Part shown: positions 10,382-18,898 of the stretch, piece after piece
How the letters are laid out: the number at the start of each line of letters is the position of its first letter
How positions within the stretch are numbered: the stretch's first letter is position 1
From: Candidatus Hermodarchaeota archaeon
GTDB lineage: Archaea > Asgardarchaeota > Heimdallarchaeia > Hodarchaeales > Hodarchaeaceae
Assembly: GCA_048886185.1 (NCBI GenBank)
Contig: JBHLKY010000028.1
Location: 16,431 to 48,430, forward strand
Direction of reading: 5' to 3'
DNA length: 32,000 bases
Made by a program: the position numbers and the translations under genes
The notes under the pieces: generated by a model
Seen by the model: only the letters and a program-made list of their open reading frames with translations
The model's database searches: none
What the model was told of the DNA's origin: nothing

Positions 10382-11635
10382 TCAATTCACGCTATAAGTA
10401 TTACTTTGCCAATGCTGCCGAATTTTTACAGGATTAATATCACCTGCAACGGCTAAACTAAAATTATCTGCATTAAGAAGGGTGTTCTTCCACCAGGAAT
10501 GGATATTTTCTTTTGTAACACCTTGAATCTCATCATAACCAGATTCGATGTCTGGAGAGAGACCATGAACTTTTCTGTTAATGATTCTAGAAGCTGTTAA
10601 ACGGGAATCATCAAACGCTAGATCAAGTTGTCCTAAAATAAAATCACGTGTGGTGTTATATTCTTCTTGTGATATTCTTTGTTTTCCCATATCAATGAGT
10701 ATTTCTACTAATGAGTCAATTGCTTCTTCTACTCGTTCTGGAGAGGTTTCCATATAACATCGAATAATAATTGTGTTTGCAAGGAGTTTTAAAGTCGCTC
10801 CAGTGATGTACCCAAAAGCTTTTTGATCACGTAAAACTGAAAACATTCTAGATCCAAAAGATTCTCCTAGAAGAGCACTTGAAAATCTAGCTACTCCAAT
10901 TAAAGCTGGGTTAACTTCTGTTATAACATTAAGACATAGATAAACACTACCCTCTTCTTTAACTGGGGTAGCAATTATCTGATTGGGTGAAACATCCCTT
11001 GGAGGAAAAGAATAGGGATTTTGAACATTGCTTTTTAAGCTAGTGAAAAATCTAGAATATTTCTGATTGATTTGTTCACCGAGAGAGTCTGAAATTGCTC
11101 CAACCGCAAATCCCCAAGGTGATACTAGCAATTTTTCATGAGCTGTCTGAAGATTGTCTCTCGTAAGCTGGTCTAAAGATTCTGGTGTTCCAATCTGAGA
11201 GCGACCTAAAGGATGGTTCTCTCCAAAGGCCGCTTTATCCGCGTCAAAGATCATCATTCTTCTTATAGGATTTGAATTAACCTGATGGAAAATTTGGATC
11301 AGGTTTTGCTTTTCTATTAAAACATGATCTTTTTCTAGGGTTGGGTGTAATATCATTTCAAAAAGAAGATCAAGGGTTCTTATAGCATATTTTGGTTGAA
11401 TTTGGGCTCCAATCACAGAAAAATCTTTTTCAGTTGTTGAAAATAACGACCCACCTGTCCCATCAATTAATCTAGCAATTTCAATCTCATTATGTTGTTC
11501 TGTGCCGCGTGCCATAGTTTGTAATAAAACTTGGGTAGTACCTGCTAAGGAATCATGAGCTGCACCATGGTTGGTTACTATTCCTAAGCATACATTGCGT
11601 AGGTTAGGATAAGAACGAATTACTTGTGGGAACAT
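10382..11635 (-). CDS. M16 peptidase, non-catalytic partner subunit
   Basis: M16 fold motifs (RGT, HPLGR...GT.ESL, SRMFSVLRDQKAFGY) with HxxEH replaced by QVLLQ. Ten nt from the catalytic gene. Confidence 0.88.
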   Translation of the reverse strand: MFPQVIRSYPNLRNVCLGIVTNHGAAHDSLAGTTQVLLQTMARGTEQHNEIEIARLIDGTGGSLFSTTEKDFSVIGAQIQPKYAIRTLDLLFEMILHPTLEKDHVLIEKQNLIQIFHQVNSNPIRRMMIFDADKAAFGENHPLGRSQIGTPESLDQLTRDNLQTAHEKLLVSPWGFAVGAISDSLGEQINQKYSRFFTSLKSNVQNPYSFPPRDVSPNQIIATPVKEEGSVYLCLNVITEVNPALIGVARFSSALLGESFGSRMFSVLRDQKAFGYITGATLKLLANTIIIRCYMETSPERVEEAIDSLVEILIDMGKQRISQEEYNTTRDFILGQLDLAFDDSRLTASRIINRKVHGLSPDIESGYDEIQGVTKENIHSWWKNTLLNADNFSLAVAGDINPVKIRQHWQSNTYSVN

Positions 11636-11700
11636 TGTATAAACTCCATAAAGGGGTAACTCAAGTTATATTGAAATATAAAGCTAGTTTATAGTTATAA

Positions 11701-13248
11701 TCATTGAGGAAGGTGTAAGCTTGAAGCACGGTCTGGAGCAAGTTTTGCTCGTCCTTTTTTCCACCACCAAAGGAAAGCAAGTCCTATAGCCCCAATGAAA
11801 AGAAGTAGCTGAGCTCCCATAACTATCCACAACAAATTAAATGATTGGTCAAGTTGTGGGTTAATAGTAGCTAATTGCCTAGCGAGAGTAACCTGAAGGT
11901 TAACACCAAATAAGAAATCGAAAGCTGGCATTGCTCCTCCACCAATCGTACCTGCCAAAGCAGCGACTTTACTAAAACGATGACTAGCTACGGAGAGCTC
12001 TGGAAGATTAAGTTTAAGTAGAACTGTTTCTACCTCGTTTTTGACTAATATCGATCCATTTAAAGGAGTTGCTCGGAAACCTGCTGTAACTAATGGAGTA
12101 ATAAAGAATGTCAAGACCTTTGGAAGGTTTTGAGGTCGTGGGTCAACGAATTGGGAAGTAGGTTGAACCAAACATCCACTCAACAAGGGTTCAATTATTA
12201 ATCGTTTGATACTCTCAGTTACTTCAAACTTTCCTCGTGTTTCCTTTTCTTTCTCGCCAGATAGGAAATGAGACTTATCTGCTGCAATCTTTTTTGCTAT
12301 TCTAGAAAGAGTGATTGTAAGTGGATATGTTTTTCGTGAATTCATACGAGCATAATAATGAGCATGAGTATGAAATGTTTCAGTAGGAATACTACTGAGC
12401 TCTTCTTCGGGTTCTTCTTTTTGGGCCTTTTCTTCAATAGAAGCTTTTCTTTTCTTGTGGTTTTCAAAAGTATCGGTTTTTATAATTGGAGCTAGGTTTG
12501 GTGTTGGTGGAGCTGGTTTAGCTGCAAGTGGGGGTGGTGGAACAGGCTGAGAAGCTGGAGGGGCAGATCTTGTAGCAGCATGAGAAGGTGAGGGTGGGGC
12601 ACCACCAGGAAGACCAGTATCAGCTCGCTTGATTCCTTTGGGAGCTGGCTGAGCAAATGGGGGAGTGGGAATTTGGGCTGCTTCTGCTGGTGCAATTTCA
12701 TCTCTAGTTATTGCCATAAAATCTTTAAGTTCAGGAGATGCTTTCTCTCTCCGTTTTTCTGATGAAATCTCCTCTAAAGCCCCCTCAAGGATATCATCGA
12801 GAAGAGCTTCATCAGCAAATGCCTCATCTTTACTTTCATATAAAACCTCAGCGATTTCTTTCTCATCTTTCGATGTGTGAATATCTTCAAGTTTTCTTGA
12901 TAATATGGCTGCGTTCTTCGAATAGATTCTCTCTGTTGATAATGCTAAGCCTGTTAGAATTGGTTGAACAGCGATATCTTGAGCCAATGTTTCCCAGATA
13001 GATTCTGCAAGAAGTAATATTTCTAATAGAACATACTTTCCAGCCTCTGTGCCATCTGTTAAAATTGTGGAAATTCTGTTAAGAAATTCAGTAGAAGCCT
13101 CTGGAAAGAATGTCTCCAACGAGGAAGCAAGATATTGATGGAATTCTTTGTTTTGTAGATAAATTGATTCATCTGGGAGGACTAGAAGAAATTTAGGGAC
13201 TAAATCCAGCCAGTTTGAAGCAGATTTCAGCGAGAATGGGAAATACAT
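11701..13248 (-). CDS. Pro-rich protein with C-terminal membrane anchor(s), unknown function
   Basis: Acidic helical N-terminus, Pro/Ala-rich linker (PPSPS...PVPPPPLAAKPAPPTP), beta-rich domain, then two hydrophobic segments ending WWWKKGR. Confidence 0.8.
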   Translation of the reverse strand: MYFPFSLKSASNWLDLVPKFLLVLPDESIYLQNKEFHQYLASSLETFFPEASTEFLNRISTILTDGTEAGKYVLLEILLLAESIWETLAQDIAVQPILTGLALSTERIYSKNAAILSRKLEDIHTSKDEKEIAEVLYESKDEAFADEALLDDILEGALEEISSEKRREKASPELKDFMAITRDEIAPAEAAQIPTPPFAQPAPKGIKRADTGLPGGAPPSPSHAATRSAPPASQPVPPPPLAAKPAPPTPNLAPIIKTDTFENHKKRKASIEEKAQKEEPEEELSSIPTETFHTHAHYYARMNSRKTYPLTITLSRIAKKIAADKSHFLSGEKEKETRGKFEVTESIKRLIIEPLLSGCLVQPTSQFVDPRPQNLPKVLTFFITPLVTAGFRATPLNGSILVKNEVETVLLKLNLPELSVASHRFSKVAALAGTIGGGAMPAFDFLFGVNLQVTLARQLATINPQLDQSFNLLWIVMGAQLLLFIGAIGLAFLWWWKKGRAKLAPDRASSLHLPQ

Positions 13249-13400
13249 AGTTTTACCTCAATTTAAGACAAATTAATAGTAGGTTCTTAAAGCATTTTAG
13301 ATTAGAATTATAATCATTATCAACAGCAAGAATGAAAAAAGAAACAATCAGAATGAGAAATCCTTCATGTTCTAAGACGAAAATTCTCTATCATAAAGAA

Positions 13401-13784
13401 TCATTGCTGGGTTGCTTTCTCCTTCCGTAGTTTGATGATCTCATCTTGAATTTCTTTAATTAATTGATCATACGGACAGAGAAGGCATAAATCAATGTTT
13501 CTGATTTCTTCAGGATTATTAACATTAAAAAGAGAACCCTCATCAACTAATGTAGCTAACCCTTGAGGTACGTAGACAATACCCTCCTGAATAAGTCTAA
13601 ATATCTCTCTTAGCATATTTTCTTTTTCCTTAAGTGTACGAATCTCAAGAAGGTTGAGTATAAATTGTAGGTTTTGTTTTTCTGTGTCTTTAAATGATAG
13701 CAACAGTAAAGCACGATCTGTTAACTGTTTTCTTTCTTCCTCTGTTATTTGAATTTCTTTCAACATATTTTTCTTTGATATCAT
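13401..13784 (-). CDS. hypothetical protein, paralog of 14364-14828, possibly wHTH-like
   Basis: 60/96 identical residues in an ungapped manual alignment with the 154-aa ORF. Confidence 0.8.
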   Translation of the reverse strand: MISKKNMLKEIQITEEERKQLTDRALLLLSFKDTEKQNLQFILNLLEIRTLKEKENMLREIFRLIQEGIVYVPQGLATLVDEGSLFNVNNPEEIRNIDLCLLCPYDQLIKEIQDEIIKLRKEKATQQ

Positions 13785-13906
13785 TGAAATTCAGACCTTC
13801 CTAACTAGGTAATATAGGTTTCAAAGATGATTCTTGAAGTAGGTTATTTTTGAATAATGATTAAGGAACAGATAGATTACATGTTTCAAATTAAGTTTTC
13901 ACTTTC

Positions 13907-14338
13907 TCAGACTTGGTTTTTGATAGGTAAGTAATATTTTAATAACTGTTTAAGTAAAGAATCCTTTTTCAGTCCCAAGAATGGAACCAACTCTCGTTCA
14001 ATTTGGGATAGGACATCAGATGTTGAACAAAAATCTGGAAGGTGTAATTTTTGTCTGATGGAATTTATTTCACAAAAGATTTCATATAATTGGACAAACT
14101 TGTTAACATGAAAATTGAAGGTTTTCCGGACATCTTCAAGATTATTGAAAAGTTTCACAAGATCTTCAATGGAAGTGTGAGGAGGTAGATCTAACGCTGA
14201 TTGCATATGCTTTATACAACGCCAAGTGGCAATCAGATCATGTTCAGAGGATCCACTAGCTATTTTTAGATAATCTTTAAGCTCTTGATATTCCTTTTGT
14301 CCTTTAAGATCCTCTAATATGAGATTTTCATAAGTCAT
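13907..14338 (-). CDS. hypothetical helical protein with internal repeat
   Basis: 143-aa ORF with ATG start. Two similar segments: IKHMQSALDLPPHTSIEDLV and INSIRQKLHLPDFCSTSDVL. Confidence 0.7.
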   Translation of the reverse strand: MTYENLILEDLKGQKEYQELKDYLKIASGSSEHDLIATWRCIKHMQSALDLPPHTSIEDLVKLFNNLEDVRKTFNFHVNKFVQLYEIFCEINSIRQKLHLPDFCSTSDVLSQIERELVPFLGLKKDSLLKQLLKYYLPIKNQV

Positions 14339-14363
14339 AATTTTTCACTCTTTTATTGACATA

Positions 14364-14828
14364 TCAGATACTATTAATTGGTTTTTTAATTTGTATCTGA
14401 GATAATTCGTTCTGAAATTCTTTGATCAATTCCTCAAAAGGACGAAGAAGGCATAAATCAATATTGTCAGCTTCAAAAGGACTGTGAATGTCAAGACACG
14501 AACCATAGTCTATCAATTGGGGAAGTCCTCGGGGAACATAGATAATCCCTTCACGGATCAACCGATAAATTTCTTGTAAAATATTCCTCTTCTCCTCTAA
14601 TGTACGAATCCCAAGAACATTGAGTACATATCTTAAATTTTGAGTAGAAGTATCTTTAAATGATAATAGTAACAAAGCCCGATCCGCTAAACGATTAGCT
14701 ATAAGATCATCCCTTAATTCTTCCCTAATTTTCACGGATTCTTGGATAGGATTATTCAGTAGGGCTTCATGAGCCTTATCGTTCCTATTTGGTTCTTGTT
14801 TTCTGATATAAGTAAAATCTGAGTACAA
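14364..14828 (-). CDS. hypothetical protein, paralog of 13401-13784
   Basis: TTG start preceded by GGAGG (14838-14842). Shares DRALLLLSFKDT, RLI.EGI.YVP.GL and NIDLCLL with its paralog. Confidence 0.82.
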   Translation of the reverse strand: MYSDFTYIRKQEPNRNDKAHEALLNNPIQESVKIREELRDDLIANRLADRALLLLSFKDTSTQNLRYVLNVLGIRTLEEKRNILQEIYRLIREGIIYVPRGLPQLIDYGSCLDIHSPFEADNIDLCLLRPFEELIKEFQNELSQIQIKKPINSI

Positions 14829-14830
14829 AT

Positions 14831-15100
14831 TTAGAAACCTCCAGTAAGAGCATAACGAGAACTATCAGCTGGGTCTTGAATCATTTGCAGCTTTTCATGC
14901 GAGAAATACTCAATCAAGTCAAGAAAATACGAGAGAAGCTGTTTAATTTCTGAGTCAGAAAGATTGTCTTTATTCTTCATTTGGAGAATGCAAATCCTAT
15001 TGTGAACTTCTAATGAGGAAAAAAGATTAGTGGACATGAATAATAACTGAAAAATCCGATCTAACGATTTTTTGATGCCAAATTGGTCTGTAACTTGCAC
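14831..15100 (-). CDS. hypothetical protein (89 aa)
   Basis: GTG-start ORF ending 2 nt before the next gene. Its 3' end carries that gene's SD, which suggests translational coupling. Confidence 0.55.
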   Translation of the reverse strand: MQVTDQFGIKKSLDRIFQLLFMSTNLFSSLEVHNRICILQMKNKDNLSDSEIKQLLSYFLDLIEYFSHEKLQMIQDPADSSRYALTGGF

Positions 15101-15665
15101 TCTTATCTACGTCCGTGTAATTTTTGATAAATTCGCTTTGAGTGCCTTTCAAAACCGGACTTTGATATAATGGGAAGATATTCGAATCTGACAAAATTCG
15201 TTGGAATGTGTCTACAAATGTGCAAATATCATATGGTAAGATATACAATATTACGACAAAAAACACCTGGGAGTATCTAAAAGGTAAATTTCCCCCCATT
15301 GCTATAGAAGTGTGCGATTGTTATGATGGATGACCAAAAACCAAAGCACTTGACGCTTGAAGAGAATTAATAATATGTTATATAATATACCTAAGGTACT
15401 TTGAGGGATTTAGAGGGCCATTAAAAGGCCACGTATTACCCAGGGAGGATTATCATCCTGAGTCGATTCAAACAATACTAGGTACAATGTACAAAAGGAC
15501 TACTCTAGGGTTAAGTTCGTAAATTTCCTCTAATATAAGGATATTTATTGGTCATTTTGATGAGTTTTCTTCGTATACCCAATGGAAAGGTTTTCATTCT
15601 TGTTCTCGACTAGCATTGTGGGAGAACAGATTTCCTAATTGGAATTGTGGCCCTGATTTTAATGC

Positions 15666-15818
15666 TCAATCTACTATGCAACCAGCTGGTCCAGCTGAAA
15701 CGGCTGTTCCTAAAGACGATGCAGCTAGGTATAGCAATATTAGGAATAACCAAGGAAGCATTTTTAATAGCATTAGTTCTACATCAATTCTTTTCTCGCG
15801 ATTTCTAACTTTTCTCAT
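15666..15818 (-). CDS. small signal-peptide-like precursor P1 (50 aa), not in ORF track
   Basis: Manual translation MRKVRNREKRIDVELMLLKMLPWLFLILLYLAASSLGTAVSAGPAGCIVD. Homologous to P2 (24639-24800). Upstream AAGAAAAGGTG. Divergent from regulator R1. Confidence 0.8.
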   Translation of the reverse strand: MRKVRNREKRIDVELMLLKMLPWLFLILLYLAASSLGTAVSAGPAGCIVD

Positions 15819-15959
15819 TGTTTTTTACACACCTTTTCTTTTTTTTCGGTTTCATTATTCAGTTCTGTGCATTAAGAGTTTTCATCAAACTTTAATTCAC
15901 ATTCGAATATATTGTCTAGACAGGTTTTTAAATGATACTACCCTTCTTTTCGGCATCAA
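15819..15959. promoter_or_regulatory. divergent promoter region P1/R1
   Basis: TATA-like TTAAATG at 15928-15934, 25 nt before the R1 ATG. On the minus strand, ACTGAATAATGA (15852-15863) and AAGAAAAGG (15832-15840), both shared with the P2/R2 region. Confidence 0.6.
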
Positions 15960-17399
15960 ATGCCTCTCCCCCAACAAAATGCTTTACTGCTGGATAATTT
16001 CCGACAAAAACCGGAAGAATATAAAATAGAGGAATTTGTACTTGATTTTCTCAATATTTGGATGTACATCCATGAAAAAGCGGAGAATTATTCACTAGAA
16101 GATACAATGGATTTTACACAAGATCTATTAGAGTCTTATACTACTCCTTTTTTCAATAAATATAGAGATGATGAAGCAATAGAATTTAATGAAAGCTGGT
16201 TCAAATCTTTTAGCTCAATTATCCTAAAGTGGAGAAATAGGGGGAGTTACTTATTCCCTCTTAAATTAGTAACATATGAGATATGTTACCATACCAAACA
16301 ACTTTTTGAATTCTTCCTGCAAAAATTATTAACAAAAGAGATCAAGGGAGAAAAAGAGGCCCTCTTCGAATTTCTTTTTCCAATCCTGACTAATTTTACG
16401 GTTCCTTTAGATGACCTTTACATATCCCTTTTAAAAGCATTTCAAGGATTAGAAAGGCATAATCCTGCCTTTTATAGGCAACCGACTCAAAATGACTTCG
16501 CAAAACGTCTGGATATATCCCCTAGGACTGTATTACGGCGAATGAATATCATTCGCTTATTACAAATGGTTCATGCTCTTCATTTCTTAGATATGGGAAA
16601 GCTCGGTTATGAAACTACTTTTTTTGTACACAAGAACCCTTTCCCTGACCACTACACTAAATATCTACTCTTCTCGACTGATTTAACAATAGGGAATTTT
16701 AGTATTGTACAGATTCCTTACAACAAGTCGAAAGAAGTATATTTACTCCAAGAAAATTTAGATATTATCATTTCTCAACCAATGCAAACCAGAATTTCTT
16801 CCTGGAACCTAACAGGTTTGTCTCAAGGAGAAGATACCTGGCGTAATCCTCCCCCTTTCTTACACGGAGACTTAGATATTTCATTAATTTCTCCAAGTCC
16901 TGATTTTAGTTTCTCTCTTAAACCCTCTTTTGATCCTTTTCGTCCACTAACTCCTGCAGACACTAAAATTCTTGACTTTCTTTCAATTGAGGGAAGCTTT
17001 ACTAGTATTAAACAACTTAGTAATACTATTAAAGTATCGCCACCAGAAATTTCTAAGCGACTTCAGGAATACGGGAAGGAGAAGTTATTAGTCAAGATGA
17101 ATCAATACTATAATATTGGATTAGATTTGACTATTTTTTTCTTTGTTTCTACAAATGATAGTAAGATTCCTTGGGTTCAACATTTCTTGAGCTTCCCAAA
17201 ATGTGATATCTTTTATCAAGAAGAAGAATCACCTAACTATTATTTTGGTTATCTAAAGATGCCCAAAGATTGGATTAAAGATTTTGCTCGTAAAATTGAT
17301 CTAATTAAAAGAGATTATGATACAAAAATATATTATAAAATCGCTAGTTCTGTCGACTATGTTAAATGGGGGATAACCTTGCATGAAACTTATTTTTAA
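15960..17399 (+). CDS. R1: tandem Lrp/AsnC-like wHTH transcriptional regulator with N-terminal helical domain
   Basis: HTH1 TQNDFAKRLDISPRTVLRRM followed by LDMGKLGY linker. HTH2 LTPADTKILDFL...IKQLSNTIKVSPPEISKRL followed by NIGLD and a RAM-like domain. Confidence 0.85.
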   Translation: MPLPQQNALLLDNFRQKPEEYKIEEFVLDFLNIWMYIHEKAENYSLEDTMDFTQDLLESYTTPFFNKYRDDEAIEFNESWFKSFSSIILKWRNRGSYLFPLKLVTYEICYHTKQLFEFFLQKLLTKEIKGEKEALFEFLFPILTNFTVPLDDLYISLLKAFQGLERHNPAFYRQPTQNDFAKRLDISPRTVLRRMNIIRLLQMVHALHFLDMGKLGYETTFFVHKNPFPDHYTKYLLFSTDLTIGNFSIVQIPYNKSKEVYLLQENLDIIISQPMQTRISSWNLTGLSQGEDTWRNPPPFLHGDLDISLISPSPDFSFSLKPSFDPFRPLTPADTKILDFLSIEGSFTSIKQLSNTIKVSPPEISKRLQEYGKEKLLVKMNQYYNIGLDLTIFFFVSTNDSKIPWVQHFLSFPKCDIFYQEEESPNYYFGYLKMPKDWIKDFARKIDLIKRDYDTKIYYKIASSVDYVKWGITLHETYF

Positions 17400-17758
17400 C
17401 TATATCTTCTAATTCTAAACAGAGTGCATAAGTTTGAGATGAGATAGTAATTAATCATCGCTATAAATACACTGTTACATCGAAATAATATTTTTAGTCC
17501 TCTTGAATGAAAAATTCACGATTTCAGTATTACATTAAGACTCCCCACGTAACATCTCCCCTTATAAAGACCAAAAATAGTTCTTCTTTTTCATTATTAT
17601 TAGAAGAAGGCACAGAAACTATTAATTTAAGACCATAAATTCTTATTTGGTAAATTAATCACCCTTTAAGTGAAAGAATTGTCACAATCCCCGTCTTGGT
17701 ATAACCAAACTGTAAAAAAAGAAAGATTTCACCGAATTAATTACTGAAGGAACATTCT

Positions 17759-18556
17759 ATGCAATCAAACGTTCAGCAAATCACAAATGAAATCAATTCA
17801 CAGTTGAAAAAGGTTAAATATAAAATTGTCGTCCTATCTGGAAAAGGAGGAGTGGGAAAATCGACTGTTGCAGCCAATCTAGCATTAGCGTTTGCAGAAA
17901 AATTTCCAGGTAAAGTTGGGGTGGTTGATTTAGATTTTTCAGGTCCAAACATCCCCAAGATCCTCGGTGTTGAGAATAAAAGGATGGAAACACGTAAAGA
18001 TAAAAAATTTCTCCCGATAACAGGTCCATTGAGTCTCAAGATTGTTTCAATGGCATTTTTCTTAGATTCCCCCTCCACTCCAGTGGTGTGGCGTGGGCCT
18101 ATTAAAATGAAAGCGATTCGACAATTCTTAACTGATTTTCTGTGGGGAGACTTAGAAATTTTGATTTTTGATATGCCCCCAGGGACGGGGGATGAGGCTA
18201 TTTCAATAATGCAGTTGATACCTGATATGGATGGTGTCGTGATTGTTACCACTCCACAGGAAGTCAGTCTCCTTGACACAGGTAAATCATTAGTGATGTC
18301 TCGAAAAATGGATCGTCCAGTCATTGGTGTGATAGAAAACATGTCTACTTTCATCTGTCCCTCGTGTGGGTCAATGCATACCTTGTTTGGAGAAGGGGGT
18401 GGCTCAAAAATGGCTAAGGAATTTGGTACGGAGCTTCTAGGGCAAGTACCTCTTGACCCTAAAATTAGAGTGGACGAAGATCGAGGACTGACCCAAGCTT
18501 TTGAGTATTTTAAGCCGATAGCTGATAGAATTCTGAAAAAAATCATCAAGTCTTAG
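17759..18556 (+). CDS. mrp: Mrp/NBP35 (ApbC) family Fe-S cluster carrier ATPase
   Basis: SGKGGVGKST, WRGP, DMPPGTGD, VTTPQ and ENMS..CPSC motifs. Confidence 0.95.
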   Translation: MQSNVQQITNEINSQLKKVKYKIVVLSGKGGVGKSTVAANLALAFAEKFPGKVGVVDLDFSGPNIPKILGVENKRMETRKDKKFLPITGPLSLKIVSMAFFLDSPSTPVVWRGPIKMKAIRQFLTDFLWGDLEILIFDMPPGTGDEAISIMQLIPDMDGVVIVTTPQEVSLLDTGKSLVMSRKMDRPVIGVIENMSTFICPSCGSMHTLFGEGGGSKMAKEFGTELLGQVPLDPKIRVDEDRGLTQAFEYFKPIADRILKKIIKS

Positions 18557-18898
18557 AAAAAAATTCTTATTTTTTTAATAAAAATTCCTTTTCTAAGGTG
18601 TCCAGAATTGATTCATTGAACTTCAATTTAAATTCCTGAATCGCTTTTTCATTGGTTTCATATCTTAATTGATTAAACCTCTCTTCAATCGTCCCTTTAT
18701 ATTGCAAAACAAAAGAAGAATTAATAACACAATTTTTCAGTGTTTATATTGGTTCAAATTTTTTATAAGAATTTTGAAAATGTAAGAAAAAACATTGAAT
18801 TTAGAAATTACTTTCTTTATACCAGCCTTTCCTTAAAAATTGGGCAAAAATCTTTTATTGATGTAACGAGAATTTAATTTACTCGTCTTAATTTATGT

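Noticed and set aside
12492-13001. Alternative-frame ORFs inside the Pro-rich gene
   Set aside because: These are by-products of low-complexity, GC-richer codons.
15027-15299. 90-aa minus-strand ORF
   Set aside because: It overlaps the 89-aa ORF out of frame and has no motif or paralog support.
15323-15522. Possible frameshifted plus-strand gene (MMDDQKPKHLTLEE / LIICYIIYLRYFEG...)
   Set aside because: It needs an assumed frameshift and matches no family I recognise.
15669-15680. CaaX-like C-terminus CIVD in P1 (prenylation idea)
   Set aside because: Asp is atypical at X, P2 has no Cys, and no prenyltransferase is in view.
15666-15818. P1/P2 as class III (pilin/archaellin) signal peptides or AgrD-like thiolactone precursors
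   Set aside because: There is no [KR][GA] cleavage site directly before the hydrophobic stretch, no AgrB-like gene, no acidic follower peptide, and Cys is not conserved.
15915-15920. TCTAGA present in both intergenic regions as a shared operator
   Set aside because: Positions relative to the start codons differ (about 40 vs 63 nt) and a 6-mer is expected by chance.
15616-16029. 137-aa plus-strand ORF in the track
   Set aside because: It is antisense to P1, spans the divergent promoter and overlaps R1 out of frame. P1 is supported by a paralog and this ORF is not.
17773-18549. 258-aa antisense ORF
   Set aside because: It is a codon-register shadow of mrp with no recognisable motifs.
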